Source: Mytilus californianus (Eukaryota). From it: 64,000 bases of DNA. Position 1 is the first letter of the stretch. The number at the start of each line of letters is the position of its first letter. The stretch lies in contig NW_026262712.1 in NCBI RefSeq assembly GCF_021869535.1, positions 107,756,001 through 107,820,000 on the forward strand, written 5' to 3'. Under the pieces are notes generated by a model. That model was not told the DNA's origin. It did no database searches and saw nothing but the letters and a program-made list of their open reading frames with translations. The translations under genes were made by a program, and so were the position numbers. Shown one piece after another: positions 1 to 12,065 of the stretch.

Positions 1-742
1 TTGTAGTACAATTTCATAAAGATCCATACACTTACACACAAGTTATTGTCCTGAAACTAGAAAAATGCTTGTTTTTTTGCCCCTTTAAGGCCCCTAATTC
101 CTAAAATTTTGAGGCAATTACCCCCAAAATCAATCCCAGTCTTCCCTTTGTGGTATGGTACATTGAAGTACAATTTCAGAGAGATCCATACACTTGAACA
201 CAAGAAACTAGAAAAATGCTTATTTTTGGCCCCTTTTTCCTAAACATTTTGAGCAATTACCCCCAAACTCAATTCCAGCTTTCCCTTTGTGATATGGAAC
301 CTTGTAGTACAATTTCATAAAGATCCATACACTTACACACAAGTTATTGTCCTGAAACTAGAAAACTGCTTGTTTTTTGCCCCTTTTTGGCCCCTAATTC
401 CTAAAATTTGGAGGCAATTGCCCCCAAAATCAATCCCAGCATTCCCTTTGTGATATGGAACCTTGTGGTACAATGTCAGAGAGATCCATACACTAACACA
501 CAAGTTATGTCTGGAAGTTACAAAAATGTTTATTTTTGGCCCCTTTTTGGCCCCTAATTCCTTAACTGTTGGTACCATAACCCCCAAAATCAATCCCCAC
601 CTTCCTTTTGTGGTATTGAACCTTATGGTAAAATTTCATAGAGATCCATACACTTAAACTAAAGTTAGAGTGCGAAAACCGACGACGACGCCAACGTCAT
701 ACCAATATACGACCACAAAATTTTTTTGCGGTCGTATAAAAA
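1..742 (+). mobile_element. Non-autonomous Helentron-like (HINE/DINE-1/pearl type) element, 5' end outside window
   Basis: Internal ~160-bp tandem units (gatccatac at 21, 183, 322, 483, 643), a (gac)n microsatellite, a 3' hairpin tatacgaccac..gcggtcgtata (706-738) and an A-run. This is the usual HINE layout. Confidence 0.7.
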
Positions 743-842
743 ATATAGTGTGAAGAGAGAACACAGAAACAAGTATATCTTGAATAAGAAAAATGCATTA
801 CAAAAGTATGCATTGACAGTTCCATGATGATGGTACAGAACT

Positions 843-962
843 TGTTTCATTTAATGGAAAGGAGTGTTTCATTTAATGGAAAGGAGTGTTTCATTTAATG
901 GAAAGGAGTGTTTCATTTAATGGAAAGGAGTGTTTCATTTAATGGAAAGGAGTGTTTCGTTT
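843..962. repeat. 22-bp minisatellite (tgtttcatttaatggaaaggag), 5 full copies plus a partial copy
   Basis: Perfect units start at 843, 865, 887, 909 and 931. Confidence 0.95.
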
Positions 963-1019
963 AAGTTGATAAAGGTTTAAAACTAACATTATAAATGATT
1001 TTACTTGACAATGGAACTA

Positions 1020-1155
1020 AAAATAGAAAAAGAAAGGATATGGGGTATCCATCCATGACACAAAATCATTACATGCACAACAAATAAACACACAAAAAGC
1101 AAAGGAACAGCGCCTTTATTGCTGTTCTTCATCTCAAAGTCACAGTGAGGTCTTC
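1020..1155. repeat. Dispersed ~130-bp repeat; second copy inverted at ~60128-60250
   Basis: ggatatggggtatccatccatgacacaaaatca...aaagtcacagtgagg matches the reverse complement of 60128-60250. Confidence 0.75.
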
Positions 1156-1733
1156 AACACAGAGCAAAAGAACTCTGACCTCACTGCAAGTTTAAGACGG
1201 CCCCTAGCACGGGCTTGAGCGGAATTCTTTGCAAAAATAATTTGGATAGACTTTGTAAGATGTAACACCACCTAATCGGGCCAGGTCGAAAAAGAACATA
1301 CAGGAAAGTAGTACATACTTAAAACAAAATAGTTCCTACGTACAGGTGTAAAACTTAAACCATGTAGCATACATTTTAGTAATTAAAATATAAGGTATCA
1401 AATGAAAGGCGAAGGACTGGTGATCCTTGTAGAACACTCAATTCACTGATAATTCTGAATAATACAAAGTTTATTTTCTGTCAAATACTAATGACTAATG
1501 TAATAACTGAGTAAATGTTACAGAAACATTAGTTTTATGTAAATATATAACATTGTAAGAAATGTTACTGTAATGTCAGTTTCATGTATAAATATAAACA
1601 ATGTTATACAAAATATTACTCCAACATTCATGAAATCAGTTTTATATTAATATACATGAATGACGTTAAAATGGATGTTAGGCTAATTTTCAATAAGTTT
1701 TCTTATTCAATATAAACAGAAACGTTACTAAAA

Positions 1734-2236
1734 ATGGGCACTAGCTGTCAAATTCATGTTCACCGATTTGACTCAAATTCTCATATTTGATTTATAACAA
1801 TGTAAAACATTTATCCAAATTATAAAAAGTCTAAAATAAACAATTTACAGGGCAGGGTGTGTATTTTAGTCTAGACGCCATCTAGTTTACTATCGAGTTG
1901 ACCTCCAAAGACCTCCAATGGTCATATAAGTGATATAAACATAAATATAGATATAAATAGATAGCAAACTCGTTCAATTGGATTTCTCTAGCAAATGGGT
2001 TGAATTGAATTTCACATAAATAGGGATTCAATGAGGTGAATTATTAACTTGCAAGTGAATAATTCATCATCAATGCTTCTTAGCTTATTTTGACAAAATT
2101 GAACCATACTGGCTCCTAAAAGCGAATTATTATTTCACTATTTCACTTTCATTAACATGATTAATGATTGAACCAAAAAAAAATCGTATTTAAGATTTTT
2201 TATATATCTCGTACATTTGTCGTAGCTAGTGCCCCT
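1734..2236. mobile_element. MITE with 13-bp TIRs, TTAA-flanked (Kolobok-like)
   Basis: Left atgggcactagct (1734-1746) and right agctagtgcccct (2224-2236) followed by TTAA. The left TSD is degenerate, so the superfamily call is tentative. Confidence 0.6.
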
Positions 2237-2438
2237 TTAAAGTTATACCATTACTTTTACATTTCCTTTTTAAATATTACTTTGAATGTTATTCAGAGTC
2301 TACCATGCATACGGACGTATTAAATATGTTACCATGTAGTAACTTTATGTTAACATGAATTTACATTGGAATAACATGACATTAACCATGTTAACGTTTT
2401 TTTGTTTGCTGGGCTCTGGGTTACATGTATATAATTTA

Positions 2439-3525
2439 AACAAGAGTGCACACGCTGAAATGTCTCACCTTCTTTTTTAATCATTGATATTATGTTGATA
2501 GTCCTAAATATAAAGCTTTATTACAACTGTCACATAAACTTAACATTAACCAAAAAACTAAACATTGACCAATGAACCATGAAAATGAGGTCAAGGTCAG
2601 ATGAACCATGCCAGGCAGACATGTGCAGCTAACAATTCTTCTATACAACAAATATAGTTGACCTATTGCTTATAGTTTAAGAAAAACAGACCATAACACA
2701 AAAACTTAACACTGAGCAATGAACCGTGAAAATTAGGTCAAGGTCAAATAAAACCTGTGCAACCGATATATAGATCATAAAATATTTCCATATACCAAAT
2801 ATAGTTGAACTATTGCATATAGTATTAGAAAAAAAAGACCAAAACTCAAAAACTTAACTTTGACCTCTGAACCATGAAAATGAGGTCAAGGTCAGATGAA
2901 ACCTGCCAGCTAGACATGTACACCTTACAATCATTCCATACACCAAATATAGTAGACCTATTGCATACAATATAAGAAAAACAGACCAAAACACAAAAAC
3001 TTAACTATAACCACTGAACCATGAAAATGAGGTCAAGGTCAGATGACACCTGCCAGTTGGACATGTACACCTTACAGTCCTTCCATACACAGAATATACT
3101 AGACCTATTGCTTATAGTATTTGAGATATGGACTTGACCACCAAAACTTAACCTTGTTCACTGATCCATGAAATGAGGTCGAGGTCAAGTGAAAACTGTC
3201 TGATGGGCATGAGGACCTTGTAAGGTACGCACATACCAAATATAGTTATCCTATTACTTATAATATGAGAGAATTTAAAGTTACAAAAAATCTTAACTTT
3301 TTTTTCAAGTAGTCACTGAACCATGAAAACGAGGTCAAGGACATTGGACATGTGACTGACGGAAACTTCGTAACATGAGGCATCTATATACAAAGTATGA
3401 AGCATCCAGGTTTTCCACCTTCTAAAAATATAAAGCTTTTAAAAAGTTTGCTAACGCCGCTGCCGCCGGATCACTATCCCTATGTCGAGCTTTCTGCGAC
3501 ACAATTCGCAGGCTCAACAAAAAAA
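2439..3525 (+). mobile_element. Non-autonomous Helentron-like element with six ~147-bp internal repeats
   Basis: Starts aacaagag. gaggtcaagg units at 2587, 2734, 2882, 3029, 3175 and 3331. (gcc)n tract, 3' hairpin gagctttctgcg..cgcaggctc, then an A-run. Confidence 0.75.
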
Positions 3526-3530
3526 CTAAC

Positions 3531-4009
3531 CTCGGAAGATCTTTTTTCAAATTCTGGAAAGTTTCTCGATAGAAGCCTTTGTTATTGTATCTACTCAGAT
3601 CGGATATGGAGAAAGAGAACGTGATTTCGTCCTTAAGTTTCTTCACAAACTCTATTTGATCAGAACTTGGAGTTTCGAACAACCCTGTATGTTCGTAAAC
3701 CATATCGAAGACACCTGGAACAGACAATGCTTTGTCCTTGTAGTATACTCCAACCGACTCAAGACAAATTAATGTCCAGTGCGATGTTGATGATGGGAGT
3801 GAATTAAAAGAAAGACCTGTATACGATTCATCAGTGTGTATACTCGATATTTTACTTTTATTTCGTCCTCGGCCCTTGTGTGTACTTTCACTTCTGGATC
3901 GTACTCTAGATGACGATCTCTCTCGGGGTGTTGATTCCCTTGTCCTTAAATTTTGTTCAAGATCGGAGCCTAGGTTAGATATTTGTGCTTCAATTTCTTC
4001 AGATGCCAT
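3531..4009 (-). CDS. Probable first coding exon (159 aa + 2 nt) of an uncharacterised protein with an Arg/Ser-rich N-terminus
   Basis: ATG at 4009 in good context (gagATGG). Open, GC-richer frame MASEEIEAQ...SLPSSTSHWTLICLESVGVYY...KKDLP ends at a canonical donor AG|GTTAGT (3531/3530). The listed ORF beyond that point runs into the adjacent repeat. No further exons found in the window. Confidence 0.65.
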
Positions 4010-4145
4010 CTCTTTCAAGTCGTAATATCGCGGTTTGTTATGACACGTGGGGCGCGTTTTTTTGTTCTTCGGTAGTGAGCCAGAAGAGGTCCATTTCTGT
4101 GTTTTTGCATTGGGAAGATCTTCTGTTTCTCTTCTACCTCTTCTT

Positions 4146-4193
4146 TTTAAATAGGTGGTTTATAGACGGCAGAGGCACATAACAAACATGGCG
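4146..4193. promoter_or_regulatory. Candidate promoter: TATTTAAA on the minus strand (4146-4153) and a YY1-like AACATGGCG on plus (4185-4193)
   Basis: Motifs lie ~140-180 nt upstream of the 4009 ATG in a CpG-rich patch. Motif match only. Confidence 0.35.
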
Positions 4194-4469
4194 TCGTTTA
4201 GTCTAAATGACATTAATAAATTTAGGAATGCAGATTTAATAAAATGTGAGCTGTATGATAAACGTTTTTATCATATATCCTTGTATAAAATATTACTAAA
4301 ATTTTACAGTTCAATAACATTTAAAAATATTAAAAGGCTATGAAAGGATTACTAGGTTTATTGATCAGATTCCTAAGAATTTCCTCAGCGGGCTGATAAA
4401 GGAACCTTTATTGACTGCTTCCGGAATGTTATCACATGCCTTTCGGAAGTTTCCGTTAATTTCCGTGAC

Positions 4470-4912
4470 GTTTATTATATACTTAGTAGTAAATACAGAT
4501 AAATTGTATGTGTAATACAATCATTGGCAAGCGTGCTGTATCAGCCACCCGTGATGATATCGATATCAGCACGGTTACAAAGGCTTTATCACACCTTTAA
4601 TCTGTATGACGTCACGTCATCGATTGCAGTCACTGTTGCAAACTCTAATCTGTATGACGTCATGTCAAACCTATTATCTGTATGACGTCATTTCAAACCT
4701 CCTTATCTGTATGACGTCATGTCACATAAAAAGCATCTACGTGAGATATATGTATATAATAAAGTGTATATGATATGGCCTTTTCAATATCACACACCGT
4801 ATCAACCCTCAACCAATATAATCCCTCGAGCAGAGCTCTTGGGATTATATTGGTGCCTCGGGTTGATCAATACGGATGTGATATTGAAAAAGCCATATGA
4901 TATTCTCTATTT
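4470..4912 (+). mobile_element. TIR-less non-autonomous element with a ~135-bp 3' palindrome (family P1, copy 1)
   Basis: Starts tttattatatacttag, ends gatattctctat. Palindrome ~4770-4903 with apex gagc-aga-gctc. Homologous copies at ~37085-37480 (+) and ~62385-62790 (-). Confidence 0.75.
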
Positions 4913-5196
4913 ATCACATGCATTTCCGGAAATCTGTTCGACAACGACAACACAGAGCGGAAAACCGCAAGTGATTTAAGACTTCTCAAAATGGTTGAGG
5001 AGCATATTTTCAAACTAAGTTCATGATAACTGTTGTGACAAGATAAATAAAATGCTTGTAATATCAATAAAAATAATTAAAGTTAAGAAATTTGTATTTG
5101 ATTGACTGTAAATTATTATCTAAAAATTCATGGAAAGACAAAATTTTAATTAATAGTTCTTGTCTGTATTTCTTCTGTTGAAGTATATGATAAAAA

Positions 5197-5337
5197 GATA
5201 ATTACATGTCATTTATCATATCAGACCCTTTATCGGCCCTCGTTCATGATATCAGCCCTCGAGCCTACGGCTCTTTGGCTGATGTCATGACCTAGGGCCG
5301 ATACAGGGTCTGATATGAAAAATGCCATGTAATAATC
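5197..5337. mobile_element. ~140-bp palindromic element (family P2)
   Basis: Arms gataattacatgtcatttatcatatcagaccc... and ...gggtctgatatgaaaaatgccatgtaataatc around the apex gagcctacggctc (5261-5273). Confidence 0.7.
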
Positions 5338-5702
5338 TATACTTATGGTAGCCTTAGAACATCCCTGCATGTAGGGACGATAAGCTGGATAAATTTAAGA
5401 ACTACATGGAAAAATAACAGTAAGGGGACGACTATTTGATATCCCGGGGAGGGGGAGTAAGCAGGAGGATTTTTTGCGGATTTATTATTCATTTTACTAG
5501 GTCCCTAAGAATGCCTATTTTCAGGTCTTACCAGACCAACCCTATTCCTATTCAAAATCCTCATGTTCCCCACCCCCACCAAAAAAAAATCACTTTTTTT
5601 CCTTATTTAAAACGAGTTTAAATTGATTGATTGTTTGTTGCTTATTTTTAACGTCGAGGGACAAATATTTCATGCATTTTCAGAAAAAACACGAGTTTAA
5701 AA

Positions 5703-5835
5703 CAGTGGCGGGTCTAGAAATTTTCATAAGTGGGGACCCACTGACTGCCTAAGAGGGGGCCCGCTCCAGTCATGTTTCAGTGATGCCCTATGATATAACC
5801 AACCAAATTTTTCCCAAAAAGGGGGGTGCCCGGGC
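5703..5835 (+). mobile_element. One-ended hAT-like MITE fragment
   Basis: Begins CAGTGGCGG(G)TCTAGAAATTTTC, a typical hAT MITE terminus. No matching right TIR nearby. Confidence 0.45.
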
Positions 5836-6639
5836 CTTAAGTCAGATTTGTTTAGCAAAATTGAGTTCGGAAAGTATAAAGAAATATATATTAATGTCAC
5901 GAACACAGCGATTTCTTCCAACCAATTTTCTTTTTTTATACACATATTGTATAATTACACCAATGTTGAAACATAGCACACTATTACAGTCATGTCTACC
6001 GAATAAACTGGTCACGTATCTTAATTTTCTAATAAATCATCGTAAACTTCATTTGTGTCATCCAACATTAAAAAAATCTGATATATTCAACGGCAAATTG
6101 ATTTTTTGTTTTATTGCTTCTTCTACAGAATATCTTCAGAAGAGGTCCAGATTCATTTTTTTGGACTGTTCACCAGAAGACGTTCTGGAGATATTCAGCA
6201 ATAAACACGCCCCTGGAGTACGCTGACTGAGATAAGGGGTCAACAGCTAATCATCGCTGGGGACGTCATCGCTGAGCACGTTAGTCCACGGAGAGGACGC
6301 TAAGGAGAGATAACTGTGTCTGTATTATATATTTGAGAAGTGTCATAGTTATCTCGCTTTGGTAAGTTTTAGGTTGACTGCTTATAACAAGAGATTTTTA
6401 CATGTTTGAAGTAACATGAGGTTTTATAACATTTTTTAAATAACTCTCTAAATAAAGTTTCCATGAGACAGCAACCAAATGTAATAGAAAAAGATGTTAT
6501 GAAATACTTAAAATTACAAAGAAAGAAAACACATATATACTGTATTTACACTTGACAGCGACTTCAGCATAAATATGCCAGCTTTTGTAAATCTTCTTCT
6601 TCTTCTTCTAAAAAAATCATCATTCCCAATATAATTTTT

Positions 6640-9560
6640 AAGTCATATAATGGTCATAGAAGATTGGCACATCCAACGTCCTGAGCGTGGATTAATTCTG
6701 ATGTCGCCTTGAAAGTCATATAATGGTCATAGAAGATTGGCACATCTAACGTCCTGAGCATGGATTTATTCTGATGAACATTGAAAAGTCATACCCTGGT
6801 CAAAGAAGATTGGCACATCCAATGTCCTGAGCGTGGTTTTATTCTGCTGTCCACTAAAAAGTCATATAATGGTCATAGAAGATTGGAACACCCAACGTCC
6901 TGAGCGTGGATTTATTCTGATGTCCACTTAAAAGTCATATAATGGTCATAGAAGATTGGCACATCCAACGTCCTGAGCGTGGATAAATTCTGATGTCCAC
7001 TAAAAAGTCATATATAGTCATAGAAGATTGGCACATCCAACGTCCTGAGCGTGGATTTATTCTGATGAACATTGAAAAGTCATATAATGGTCATAGAAAA
7101 TTGACACATCCAACGTCCTGAGCGTGGATTTATTCTGATGTCCACTAAAAAGTCATATAATGGTCATAGAACATTGGCACATCTGACGTCCTAAGCGTGG
7201 ATTAATTCTGATGTCCACTAAAAAGTCATATAATGGTCACAGATGATTGGCACATCCAACGTCCTGAGCGTGGATTTATTGTGATGTACATTGAAAAGTC
7301 ATAAAATGGTTATAGAAGATTGGCACATCCAACGTCCTGAGCATGGATTAATTCTGATGTCCACTAAAAAGTCATATAATGGTCATAGAAGATTGGCACA
7401 TCTAACGTCCTAAGCGTGGATTAATTCTGATGTCCACTAAAAAGTCATATAATGGTCATAGAAGATTGGCACATCCAACGTCCTGAACGTGGATTAATTC
7501 TGATGTCCACTAAAAAGTCATATAATGGTCATAAAAGATTGGCACATCCATTGTCCTGAGCGTGGATTAATTCTGATATCGCCTTAAAAGTCATATAATG
7601 GTCATAGAAGATTGCAACATCCAACGTCTTAAGCGTGGATTTATTCTGATATACATTGAAAAGTCATACCCTGGTCATAGAAGATTGGCACATCCAACGT
7701 CCTAAGCGTGGATTAATTCTGATGTCCACTTAAAAGTCATATAATGGTCATAGAAGATTGGCACATCTAACGTCCTAAGCGTGGATTAATTCCGATGTCC
7801 ACTAAACAGTCATAGAATGGTCATAGAAGTTTGGCACATCCAACGTCCTGAGCGTGGATTTATTCTGATGAACATTGAAAAGTCATATAATGGTCATAGA
7901 AGATTGGCACATCCAACGTCCTGAGCGTGGATTAATTCTGATGTCCACTAAAAAGTCATATAATGGTCATAGAAGATTGGCACATCCAACGTCCTAAGCG
8001 TGGATTTATTCTGATGTACATTAAAAAGTCATATTATGGTCATAGAAGATTGGCACATCCAACGTCCTGAGCATGGATTTATTCTGATGTCCACTAAAAA
8101 GTCATATAATGGTGATAGAAGATTGGCACACCCAACGTCCTGAGCGTGGATTTATTCTGATGTCCACTTAAAAGTCATATAATGGTCATAGAAGATTGGC
8201 ACATCCAACGTCCGAAGCGTGGATTAATTCTGATGTCCACTAAAAAGTTATATATAGTCATAGAAGATTGGCACATCCAACGTCCTGAGCGTGGATTTAT
8301 TCTGATGAACATTGAAAAGTCATATAATGGTCATAGAAGATTGACACATCCAACGTCCTGAGCGTGGATTTATTCTGATGTCCACTAAAAAGTCATATAA
8401 TGGTGATAGAAGATTGGCACATCTAACGTCCTAAGCGTGGATTAATTCTGATGTCCACTAAAAAGTCATATAATGGTCATAGAAGATTGGCACAACCAAC
8501 GTCCTGAGCGTGGATTTATTCTGATGTACATTGAAAAGTCATATACTGGTTAAAGAAAATTGGCACATCCAACGTCCTGAGCGTGGATTAATTCTGATTT
8601 CCACTAAAAAGTCATATAATGGTCATAGAAGGTTGCCACATCCAACGTCCTGAGTGTGGATTTATTCTGATGTACATTGAAAAGTCATATAATGGTCATA
8701 GAAGATTGGCACATCCAACGTCCTGAGCTTGGATTTATTCTGATGAACATTGAAAAGTCATATAATGGTCATAGAAGATTGGCACATCCAACGTCCTGAG
8801 CGTGGATAAATTCTGATGTCCACTAAAAAGTCATATAATGGTCATAGAAGATTAGCACATCCAACGTCCTGAGCGTGGATTTATTCTGATGTACATTGAA
8901 AAGTCATATTATGGTCATAGAAGATTGGCACATCCAACGTCCTGAGCATGGATTTATTCTGATGTCCACTAAAAAGTCATATAATGGTGATAGAAGATTG
9001 GCACACCCAACGTCCTGAGCGTGGATTTATTCTGATGTCCACTTGAAAGTCATATAATGGTCATAGAAGATTGGCACATCCAACGTCCGAAGCGTGGATT
9101 AATTCTGATGTCCACTAAAAAGTTATATATAGTCATAGAAGATTGGCACATCCAACGTCCTGAGCGTGGATTTATTCTGATGAACATTGAAAAGTCATAT
9201 AATGGTCATAGAAGATTGACACATCCAACGTCCTGAGCGTGGATTTATTCTGATGTCCACTAAAAAGTCATATAATGGTCATAGAAGATTGGCACATCTA
9301 ACGTCCTAAGCGTGGATTAATTCTGATGTCCACTAAAAAGTCATATAATGGTCATAGAAGATTGGCACAACCAACGTCCTGAGCGTGGATTTATTCTGAT
9401 GTACATTGAAAAGTCATATAATGGTTAAAGAGAATTGGCACATCCAACGTCCTGAGCGTGGATTAATTCTGATTTCCACTAAAAAGTCATATAATGGTCA
9501 TAGAAGGTTGCCACATCCAACGTCCTGAGTGTGGATTTATTCTGATGTACATTGAAAAGT
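6640..9560. repeat. 73-bp satellite/minisatellite array, ~40 copies
   Basis: Unit aagtcatataatggtcatagaagattggcacatccaacgtcctgagcgtggattaattctgatgtccactaaa; period 73 (for example 7141 to 7214). Confidence 0.97.
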
Positions 9561-11004
9561 AATGCGTATTAATCCTCAATTTTTAATGCAAACTCATAGA
9601 CAAGTTTATTTCGGCTCAAAATGGTCTAAATATATTTCTCTTTCATCAAAAGTTTTATTTCTGCAAATTTGTTGGTTAGTTTAAGTAAACAATGACCTCA
9701 AAAGCACTATTTTGTGTCAGAGTAGGGCTTCTTTTACATACGTTCTAAATTGGAGAGAGTGAATTGGTGGTTTATCGGAAGTCTTTTGGTTTTCTTTATT
9801 ATTAATCCTTGGTCATTTTGTAGTTAAAAAAGCTATCTGAGCATAATTCGAATTCACAGCTCAATTTAAACTGACTGTAATGTATGACTTTAATAGAAAA
9901 TACATGAAATTTAATATCAGACTACAGGAACAGAAACTTTCAATCAAGATCAATTTTGGTTGATTTTTCCTTGTTTGTCCTACTGCTTTAAAGACTTTGC
10001 ACAACCTTAACAATGAGTTTAGTAAAAATATTAAAGGTAATGAAGTGTCAAGGAATTTTGACCCCCCTTTTTTTCATCAGTCGTCAGTAATGGACTTTTA
10101 ATTTATCAATATTTCAGTTATGATCATAAAACAATTTTTATTACCTATCAGTCAATAATTTTAGGTAGAAAACTTTCATTTAAGACAATATATGGGATTG
10201 GGAGGTGTTTATACACTGTTTACATTAGGCTATGCTATTTACCAAATACATGGAATGATGCAAAGACAAAACGGGCAAAAATCAAATAATTTCATAAAAT
10301 CTTCATTGCGACAATGTTTTTGGGGTAGTACACAAGCTATGTTTTAATGTTTAATACCGTGAAATTGAAAGTCTAATATCATTATTCCACAGTAAACATG
10401 AATCACATAAAGAAAACAGCATAGTGGAATTTAATTAAATATCAACAAGCTGATTAACAAAATCTGTTTTAAGTTTATGTGTACACCTTAATTATTTGCT
10501 CATGTTGTTATCCAGGTTGAACATGAAATAAACGAACGGAGTACGATAGATTTTACAAATATAATATAATAAATTTTCCATGAGACATGCACACAAATTT
10601 TATTAAATAAGGAGCATGTTGACAATATTTAATATTTATGCGAAGACATACGTATTTTTAGAAAATAGAATGTGACAACTACAGGCTCCTGGCTTGGGAC
10701 AGGCATACACAGAATGTGGCGAGATTAAACATGTTTGAGTGTACAGACAAACATATGAACAAACTGTAAAAATCAGTTTAAAAGGGCTTAACTCATCAGA
10801 TCGATACAAAGCAGAAAAACATCTAACAAACAAATAAAAAAACAACCAAAAAACACAGATTGTAGTATCGTGAAAGTGCATATGTGTATAACAATAATAT
10901 TTAGTATGGTTTTGATTTACTGATAACAAAATCAATAATTATACCAATAAAATCCACATTCAAAGATCTAATTACAGTGATTTGGTAACTTTGAAGAATT
11001 AGTT

Positions 11005-11685
11005 TACTATGAAAGTATTTTTATTCGTGGGTATCAATTTTCGTGGTTTCAGCAAAAGTTACATGTCCGTGGGTTCTTAAATTCGTGGATTTTAGTTTTC
11101 TGAAGAAAAAAATCGAATGACGAATTTGAAGACTTCAGAATCGAATATTTGTGATATTTATCATATGTTGTTTTATAATGATTTGTGGGGCATTGTTAAA
11201 TAAGGTGTTCATTTTCACTCACTTGTTCGTCCTTCATTACTAACAAATTCATAATATTTTGAATTGTAGAATCAATTATTATGACATAAAAAAGCAAGCC
11301 CAAAATGAAATCAGTAGTTTTTTTCGTATGAGAATTATGAAAAAGGAACATTTCATTATCGCATATCATCACCGGAAATCTGACTTTCATCGATCAAAAA
11401 TTATTTCTCATGAGAAATAAAATGTTAACAGTCGAACGTTTTAGAATTTTAAAAGATTAAATGGGTAAAATCCGGTCTGAAGTTGTACAAAAAAAATGTA
11501 TATTTAGTTCATAGTACGTTGGTTTATATGACCGTATCCATGTAATCAAACCTACATGGGGATCTTTCCATGTCTGGAATTGAACAACAGTTATTATATT
11601 TCGTTGGACAGTTAAATTCGTGGATAAAGCCATCCACGAAAACCACGAAAATTGGTACCCCACGAATAAAAGTACTTTAACAGTA
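11005..11685. mobile_element. TA-flanked MITE with ~45-bp imperfect TIRs (Tc1/mariner-type)
   Basis: Left tactatgaaagtatttttattcgtgggtatcaattttcgtggttt matches the reverse complement of the right end aaaccacgaaaattggtaccccacgaataaaagtactttaacagta. Confidence 0.7.
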
Positions 11686-12065
11686 TTTGAAGGATTGATA
11701 AGTTCACCCGGATCGTATCTAAATTTCCGAGCCCTGTAAACAACATCACCGTAAAAATTAGGATGTACTGTTCCGTTTGAAATAAATTTTCTATTGGTAC
11801 AGCCAAATTTGACAACCAAATCTTTGTATTTATGGAAGAATATAGTAAAGGTTTTAAGTAATTTGTGGAAACGAAATCCCTGACTTAACAATTTACCAGT
11901 AAAACATAGATTACGCTCATTGAAATCCAAAGCGTCACTACAGACACGGGCATAGCGAACGAGTTGGGATGTGTAAACACCGTAAGACGGTGCCAAAGAA
12001 ACATCACCGTCCAAAAAAGGAAAATTAACAATAGGGAAAGAGAAATCCATTTTGTCGTAAATTTA
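11686..12065 (-). mobile_element. Penelope-like retroelement RT C-terminal fragment (probably Naiad clade), truncated
   Basis: DFSFPIVNFPFLDGDVSLAPSYGVYTSQLVRYARVCS...KLLSQGFRFHKL...FYGDVVY matches the PLE RT-thumb motif. The rest of the listed ORF runs into the neighbouring MITE. Confidence 0.8.

Noticed and set aside
3422-3530. C-terminal 36 aa of the listed 198-aa ORF
   Set aside because: Lies past a canonical donor and is antisense Helentron sequence.
6640-9560. CRISPR-like array or repetitive coding exon
   Set aside because: Units are contiguous with no unique spacers, the 73-bp period is not a multiple of 3 and there is no long ORF. The context is eukaryotic.
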